53,239 nt of DNA. It comes from a virus. Taxonomy: Duplodnaviria; Caudoviricetes. The translations under genes and the position numbers were made by a program. The notes beneath the pieces were generated by a model. The model saw nothing but the letters and a program-made list of their open reading frames with translations, was not told the DNA's origin and made no database searches. Positions 48,365 to 53,239 of this stretch are shown here, piece after piece. Within the stretch, counting starts at the first letter, position 1. Each line of letters opens with the position of its first letter. The stretch spans positions 1-53,239 of the IMG/VR virus record IMGVR_UViG_3300045006_000427; one strand, given 5' to 3'.

Positions 48365-49063
48365 ATGCAAAAGCTTTTAAAAACCTGGAAACAATTTCTT
48401 CTAGAAGAGAAGCAAATTCTTCAAGAATCAGCAAAAACAGTCAATGATCTTCTTGCTGCGGAAAAGAAGCACCCGGAATTTAAATTATGTGTCACGGTTG
48501 CTTCCTATGGAGATCGTATGATTGCAATACGTTATACATGTTATGTAAAAAATACGGGAAAAGCTTATTACAAAAATGTAATTCCTGGTTTTCCTAGAGG
48601 AGAAATTGAAATAGGACGACCACCGCGTATTCTTGGTGCATGCCTTGCGGGCTGGGCTGTTTATTATGCTGACGCCGATTCGGGCTGGGGGCCTCTGCTC
48701 TACGATGTGGCTATGGAATATGCAACGGAACATGGCGGTGGCTTAATGGCTGATAGAGGAAGCGTCTCTTCTGATGCAAAAGCTGTTTGGGATTATTACG
48801 ATCAACGGAGAAGAGATGTGCGCAAGGATCAGCTAGATAATCTTTCTCCCCCTCCAGAACAGCTAACACCTAATGATATTTCAGACGATTGCGGACAGGA
48901 ATCCGCAATTGAGTGGGCAGAAAAAGACTATGGAACGGATAAGAAGTGGAATAAGGAAAGTTTATCCAGGCTTTTTAGATCCAAAGGAACACCTACCATC
49001 GATGCTTTAAAAAAGATTGGCAGATATAAAGATCTTGTTGGAGACAGATTCGAAGACATATAG
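48365..49063 (+). CDS. GNAT-like protein, paralogue of the N-terminal domain of 35892..37217
   Basis: Shared 'G.CL....V..A.A..GWGPLLYDVA.E.AT...GGLM.DR.SV...AK..W.YY...R.DV.K.QLD.L..PPE.LTP....DDC' and 'GTPTI.ALKK.G.Y'. Confidence 0.65.
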   Translation: MQKLLKTWKQFLLEEKQILQESAKTVNDLLAAEKKHPEFKLCVTVASYGDRMIAIRYTCYVKNTGKAYYKNVIPGFPRGEIEIGRPPRILGACLAGWAVYYADADSGWGPLLYDVAMEYATEHGGGLMADRGSVSSDAKAVWDYYDQRRRDVRKDQLDNLSPPPEQLTPNDISDDCGQESAIEWAEKDYGTDKKWNKESLSRLFRSKGTPTIDALKKIGRYKDLVGDRFEDI

Positions 49064-49071
49064 ATATGCTC

Positions 49072-49719
49072 ATGACAAGAAAAGAAATCATCGCTGCTAT
49101 CCGCGCTGGCAAGAGCCTAGCAGGGGTAGATCTTCAGAAAGCCAGCTTCCAGGAAGCAAACCTCCAAGGAGCAGATCTTCGGAGAGCAAACTTCCAGGAA
49201 GCAGATCTTCAAGGAGCAGATCTTCAGAGGGCTAGTCTCCAGGAAGCAAATTTCCAAGAAGCAGACCTCCAGGGAGCATATCTTTATGAAGCAATGCTTC
49301 AGAGAGCGAATCTCCAGGGAGCAAATCTCCAGAGGGCTAGTTTCTATAGAGCAAACTTCCAGGGGGCAAGTCTTCAGAGAGCAAATCTCCAAGGAGCAGA
49401 CCTTCAGGAAGCAGATCTTCGGAGAGTAAACCTTCAGGAAGCAGATCTGCTTTTTATGTATGCCTATGGTGTCAAGACCGCAGGCATCAAGCTCTCCTGG
49501 ATTCCTAAGAAAGGAGATCTAGTCAGGGCATATCTGGAATATTTAAACAAGAGCGCCCTTGGCATCCTCCTAGAAGATCCAGATCCAGATTATATATTTG
49601 AGCCTGTCTCTGTTCGGCTGCATGATGAAGAAGTCAAGCTTAGCATCACCGACATGAAGCCAGCCAGCAGGCTAGAAGAGATCATTCAAGAAGAGCTAAA
49701 AAGAGAGCTAAAAAAGTGA
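49072..49719 (+). CDS. Pentapeptide-repeat/SH3-like cassette copy 9 (23 repeats)
   Basis: MTRKEIIAAIRAGKSL at 49072 (ATG 49066 is an alternative start). Confidence 0.9.
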   Translation: MTRKEIIAAIRAGKSLAGVDLQKASFQEANLQGADLRRANFQEADLQGADLQRASLQEANFQEADLQGAYLYEAMLQRANLQGANLQRASFYRANFQGASLQRANLQGADLQEADLRRVNLQEADLLFMYAYGVKTAGIKLSWIPKKGDLVRAYLEYLNKSALGILLEDPDPDYIFEPVSVRLHDEEVKLSITDMKPASRLEEIIQEELKRELKK

Positions 49720-51068
49720 CAAGAGAAGAAATCATCGCTGCTGTACAGGCTGACAAGAGCCTGGCAGGAGCAAACCTTCAGAAAGCAAGCCTCTATAAAG
49801 CAGACCTCCGAGGAGCAGATTTCCAAGGAGCAAATCTTCAGAAAGCAAGCCTCCAGGGAGCAGATCTTCGAGAAGCAAACTTTCAGAAAGCAAACCTCTA
49901 TGAAGCAGATTTCTATAGAGCAAGCCTCCAAAAAGCAAACCTCCAGGGAGCAGACCTCCAGGAAGCAGACCTCCGGGGAGCAGATCTTCGAGAAGCAAAC
50001 TTTCAGAAAGCAAACCTCTATGAAGCAAACCTCCGGAGAGCAAACCTCCGGAGAGCAAACCTCCGGGAAGCAAGCCTCCAGGGAGCAGATCTTCGAGAAG
50101 CAAACTTTCAGAAAGCAAACCTCTATGAAGCAGATCTGTTTTTTATGTACGCCTATGATGCCAAGACCGCTGGCATCAAGCTCTCTTGGATTCCTAAGAA
50201 AGGAGATCTGGTCAGGGTATATCCAGGTTATTCAAATCCAGACGAGAGCGTTCTTGGCGTCCTCCTGGAAGATCCAGATCCAGATCATCTATTTAATCCC
50301 GTCTCTGTTCGGCTGCGCGATAAGGTAGCTAGATCTAGCATTACCTATATGAAGCCAGCCAGCAGATTAGAAGAGATCGTCCAAGAAGAAGTTTCTCTGC
50401 TTTTTGAAGGTAAGCTAGAGCGAGAGACTACTATCCTTGCCAGGGTGCTTCTTCAAGCTATTAAACAATTCTATCAGAAGGAGCCTGGAAAAAGCTTTTT
50501 TAGAATTATGTGGCTTCCAGAGGAACTTCGTGCTCTTGGTATTGATCTTCCAAAAATGGGCGTTTTTAACTTTGCTTTTTTTGTTGAAGAAAAGAGCGAT
50601 CTTGAGGTCAAGGGCATGTATCGTCCTCAAGCTGGCGGTGTGACAGTTCTTGTGAATGTTCCGAGAGCCTGGAGGTATATCAATGCTCATTTAAATGATA
50701 TATTGGTTAAGCTTAAAGAAGTAATTCGACACGAACTAGAACACACTACTCAGTCTCCTAAAATGTTATATGCCGCCTCTAACATTAGTAAAACCAAAGG
50801 ACTATTGCCGTATCTTTCATCCTCAGCAGAATTGCGTGCTTGGACATCTGGCTTGTATAAGCGAGCTAAAGTGCAAAGAAGGCCATTAAAAGATGTTTTT
50901 GATGAATTTTTTCATCATGTTTATATAGGATTTGTAAATAGAATGAGCGCAATGCGCGATGATCTTTCTTTTGTAGAGATCGATAAGATAGCTATGCGCG
51001 ACGTGCGCAAGTTGCGCAGGAGATGGGAGAAATACGTGAGAGGTCGTTATCCAGGAGCGCAGCTATGA
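49716..51068 (+). CDS. Pentapeptide-repeat/SH3-like cassette copy 10 (26 repeats) fused to an HExxH metallopeptidase-like domain
   Basis: Cassette runs to about 50390 (RLEEIVQEE), then an unrelated domain with 'VIRHELEHTTQ' (50730) and 'YLSSSAELRAW'. Confidence 0.8.
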   Translation: MTREEIIAAVQADKSLAGANLQKASLYKADLRGADFQGANLQKASLQGADLREANFQKANLYEADFYRASLQKANLQGADLQEADLRGADLREANFQKANLYEANLRRANLRRANLREASLQGADLREANFQKANLYEADLFFMYAYDAKTAGIKLSWIPKKGDLVRVYPGYSNPDESVLGVLLEDPDPDHLFNPVSVRLRDKVARSSITYMKPASRLEEIVQEEVSLLFEGKLERETTILARVLLQAIKQFYQKEPGKSFFRIMWLPEELRALGIDLPKMGVFNFAFFVEEKSDLEVKGMYRPQAGGVTVLVNVPRAWRYINAHLNDILVKLKEVIRHELEHTTQSPKMLYAASNISKTKGLLPYLSSSAELRAWTSGLYKRAKVQRRPLKDVFDEFFHHVYIGFVNRMSAMRDDLSFVEIDKIAMRDVRKLRRRWEKYVRGRYPGAQL

Positions 51069-51724
51069 AACTTCATCTTCAGGAAGGCGTGCGTGATCCT
51101 GCAATTTTTAAAGCTATTTTCTTAGCTGGTGGAAGCGGAGCAGGCAAGAGCTTTGTTGCTCATCGAACTACCGAAGGTCATGGTTTTAAAGTGGTTAACT
51201 CAGATATTATCTTGCAGCTATTGCTTAATAAGCTTTCTATGCACATGGACTTTGCTGTTTATTCTAGTAGGGATGCTTTATTGAAAGATGAAGTACGCAA
51301 CAAAGCGCGCATGTTGGCACAAAAACAAATAGAGCAATATCAACAAGGCAAGCTGGGTGTTGTTCTAGACGGAACTGGCAAAGACTATAGCAAGATAGCT
51401 TTGCAGCGGGATAAGTTCTTGGAGCTTGGCTATGACACTTATATCATTTTTGTCAATACTAGCTTGGAAGTGGCTCTAGAGCGAAATCGAAGACGAGAAC
51501 GAAGGCTGTCTGATCCCATGGTAACAAAGATTTGGCATCAGGTGCAAGAGAACATTGGAAAATTTCAGATTCTTTTTGGAAGAGATAACTTTTATATTGT
51601 CGATAATGATCATATCTCGGATGACGTGCTTAATATGCTTTGGATAGAAGTAAGCAAGATAGCTAAACAGCCTCCAAAGAATCCAGTAGCTTTGCAGTGG
51701 ATAAGACAACAGGGCGGTAGATAA
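51065..51724 (+). CDS. P-loop kinase, zeta-toxin/AAA_33-like
   Basis: ATGA overlap at 51065; 'AIFLAGGSGAGKS', 'VNSD', 'VVLDGTG', 'FVNTSLEVALERNRRRERR'; N-terminal 'LQE|G'. Confidence 0.75.
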   Translation: MKLHLQEGVRDPAIFKAIFLAGGSGAGKSFVAHRTTEGHGFKVVNSDIILQLLLNKLSMHMDFAVYSSRDALLKDEVRNKARMLAQKQIEQYQQGKLGVVLDGTGKDYSKIALQRDKFLELGYDTYIIFVNTSLEVALERNRRRERRLSDPMVTKIWHQVQENIGKFQILFGRDNFYIVDNDHISDDVLNMLWIEVSKIAKQPPKNPVALQWIRQQGGR

Positions 51725-51791
51725 TTTCCTTCTTTTCTTTTTTCAAGAAACTAATTACCTAAGAGATTCTTAGCTTTGTGGAGATAAATCT

Positions 51792-53039
51792 GTGGCATAT
51801 CCAAATCTTTCACCACCTACTAGTACATCAGCTATTGTGCTTCCTGTAACAGGAAGCAGCGCTAGTGTGGCTGCAACATTAGCTTTTGGCATATATTCTA
51901 GTAACAATGATTTTCTAAATGGTGCTGCCGAGCAGGTAGCTTACACCTATAAGCGTCTTGGAGGCGATATTCTAGATATAGAACTAACAGCCGGGCAGGT
52001 ATATAATGCTTATGAGGAGGCGGTACTAGAATATTCTTATCTTGTTAATATTCATCAAGCCAAGAATATTCTTGGCGGTGTGCTTGGCAGTACTACGGCT
52101 TCTTTTGATGATCACGGAGAGGTCTCTGGTAGCGGTAGTAGTGTCTCTTTGCTATTTCCACATATTACATTTGGTTATGCCAAACAAATAGCAGATGGAT
52201 TTTCTGTCGAGGCTCAGGTTGGTGGTACCGTTACAGAATATTCAGCTAGTGTTCCAGTAGTAGATGGACAACAAGATTATGATCTTCAGGCAATATTAAA
52301 ATCTCAGTCTGATGCTGGTGGGGTGGATTACGCAAATTTGATAACAAATAAAAAAGTGCTTATTCGCAGAGTCTTTTATAAGACCGCCAGAGCAACGTGG
52401 AGGTTCTATGGATACTATGGAGGCTTGAATGTCGTAGGAAATCTTACTACCTACGGTCAATTCGCAGACGATAGTACATTTGAAATTATTCCAACCTGGC
52501 AGAACAAGCTTCAAGCTTTAGCTTATCAAGATAGCCTGTATACAAGATTGTCACATTACTCATATGAAATAAGAAACAACAAGCTTCGCTTATATCCTAT
52601 TCCGTTTGTATCCAATATAGAAAATTTCTGGGTAAGATTCATTATCCCGAAAGATCCTTTTGAAGATACAGCAGATAGACAAACAGGACTGCAAGGCATT
52701 AATAATATGAATACCTTGCCAATAGCTAATGTTCCATATGAAAACATAAATGCTATTGGCAAACAGTGGATTAGAAGATTTGCTTTGGCTCTCAGCAAAG
52801 AAATTTTAGGCCATACACGAGGAAAGTTTACGAGCATCCCTATTCCAGGAAATGATCTGACATTGAATGCGGAAAGTTTGCTTGCGCAGGCTAAAGATGA
52901 GCAAGAGAAGCTACGCGAAGAGCTTAAAACTGTGCTTGACGAGCTTACATATACCAAATTAGCAGAGACCGATGCTCAAAGAGCAGAATATGTACAGAAT
53001 ACACTGAGTCGAATGCCTCTGCCAATTTATAAAGGATAG
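51792..53039 (+). CDS. Neck/head-completion protein (T4 gp13-like)
   Basis: 'KRLGGDILDIELT...YEEAVLEY' and C-terminal 'WIRRFALALSKEILGHTRGKF..IPG...TLNAESL..QAKDEQEKL'. Confidence 0.8.
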   Translation: MAYPNLSPPTSTSAIVLPVTGSSASVAATLAFGIYSSNNDFLNGAAEQVAYTYKRLGGDILDIELTAGQVYNAYEEAVLEYSYLVNIHQAKNILGGVLGSTTASFDDHGEVSGSGSSVSLLFPHITFGYAKQIADGFSVEAQVGGTVTEYSASVPVVDGQQDYDLQAILKSQSDAGGVDYANLITNKKVLIRRVFYKTARATWRFYGYYGGLNVVGNLTTYGQFADDSTFEIIPTWQNKLQALAYQDSLYTRLSHYSYEIRNNKLRLYPIPFVSNIENFWVRFIIPKDPFEDTADRQTGLQGINNMNTLPIANVPYENINAIGKQWIRRFALALSKEILGHTRGKFTSIPIPGNDLTLNAESLLAQAKDEQEKLREELKTVLDELTYTKLAETDAQRAEYVQNTLSRMPLPIYKG

Positions 53040-53044
53040 AAAGA

Positions 53045-53239
53045 GTGGCAAATGAATTTACCATGCCCACTATTGGGCCTCCTCCGCTGTATACTGGAGA
53101 TAAAGAAAAAGCTTTGGTCAAAGCTGTTAATACTGAGATTAACGAAAGGGTCCGGGGGCAGCTAGTTATTTATTATCCTGTAGATCTTGAACATACCAAA
53201 TTCCATTCAGTCTATGGTGAAGCCATTGTAAAGACGTTT
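53045..53239 (+). CDS. Putative neck/head-closure protein (gp14-like), 3' truncated
   Basis: GTG start; MANEFTMPTIGPPPLY...GQLVIYYPVD...VYGEAIVKTF, open to the window end; follows the gp13-like gene. Confidence 0.55.
   Translation, partial: MANEFTMPTIGPPPLYTGDKEKALVKAVNTEINERVRGQLVIYYPVDLEHTKFHSVYGEAIVKTF

Noticed and set aside
38142-50328. Alternative-frame and antisense ORFs over the pentapeptide tracts (EQTSGEQ..., LLPGGLL..., KICSLEVC...)
   Set aside because: These are shadows of a 15-bp repeat that lacks stops in other frames; they have no SD or independent conserved termini.
36633-50390. Diversity-generating retroelement as the source of cassette variation
   Set aside because: There is no reverse transcriptase in the window and no non-coding template repeat. 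Differences include indels and changes at all bases, not an evident adenine-only pattern. An RT elsewhere in the genome cannot be excluded.
36633-50390. Qnr/MfpA quinolone-resistance genes
   Set aside because: Only the generic pentapeptide pattern is shared. The N-cap, SH3-like domain and variable length do not match those families.
36633-50390. Cassette multiplicity as pure mis-assembly
   Set aside because: Copies differ substantially in loops, repeat number and synonymous sites and have unique flanks. Local chimerism is still possible.
51065-51724. Epsilon/zeta toxin-antitoxin module
   Set aside because: No small antitoxin-like gene is adjacent, and the context is virion morphogenesis.
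1-53239. Stop-codon reassignment (alternative genetic code) as in some large phages
   Set aside because: Core genes (TerL, portal, MCP, the 3224-aa protein) are intact in the standard code, and TAA, TAG and TGA all serve as stops.

Overview
This window is a single-strand (+), densely coding segment of a large T4-like (myovirus-type) bacteriophage genome, read in the standard genetic code. From left to right it holds: baseplate, tail and fibre genes (1-23704, including a 3224-aa two-LamG protein); a RuvC-like resolvase, a DNA primase and a fused SbcD-SbcC (Mre11-Rad50) gene; a holin/spanin-like trio; then the head module (terminase large subunit, portal, gp21-like prohead protease, scaffold, gp23-like major capsid protein, gp13/gp14-like neck proteins) with a ribosomal protein bS21 gene. 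The most striking feature is an expanded family of ten paralogous cassettes scattered through the head module. Each has a constant N-cap (MTREEIIAAVRAGKSL), a pentapeptide-repeat rod whose length differs in every copy (8-26 units), an SH3/KOW-like domain with hypervariable loops, and a C-terminal helix 'LEEIIQEELKRELKR'. The same 'IIQEE' helix begins many unrelated small genes. The DNA encoding it also forms the junction between cassettes, between cassettes and GNAT-like or metallopeptidase-like partners, and at the 3' end of bS21. The best hypothesis (inference) is a recombining, diversifying system of capsid-packaged cargo proteins, in which one short motif is both a prohead address label and a DNA crossover site. 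All functional calls come from motif recognition by eye; no database searches were run.
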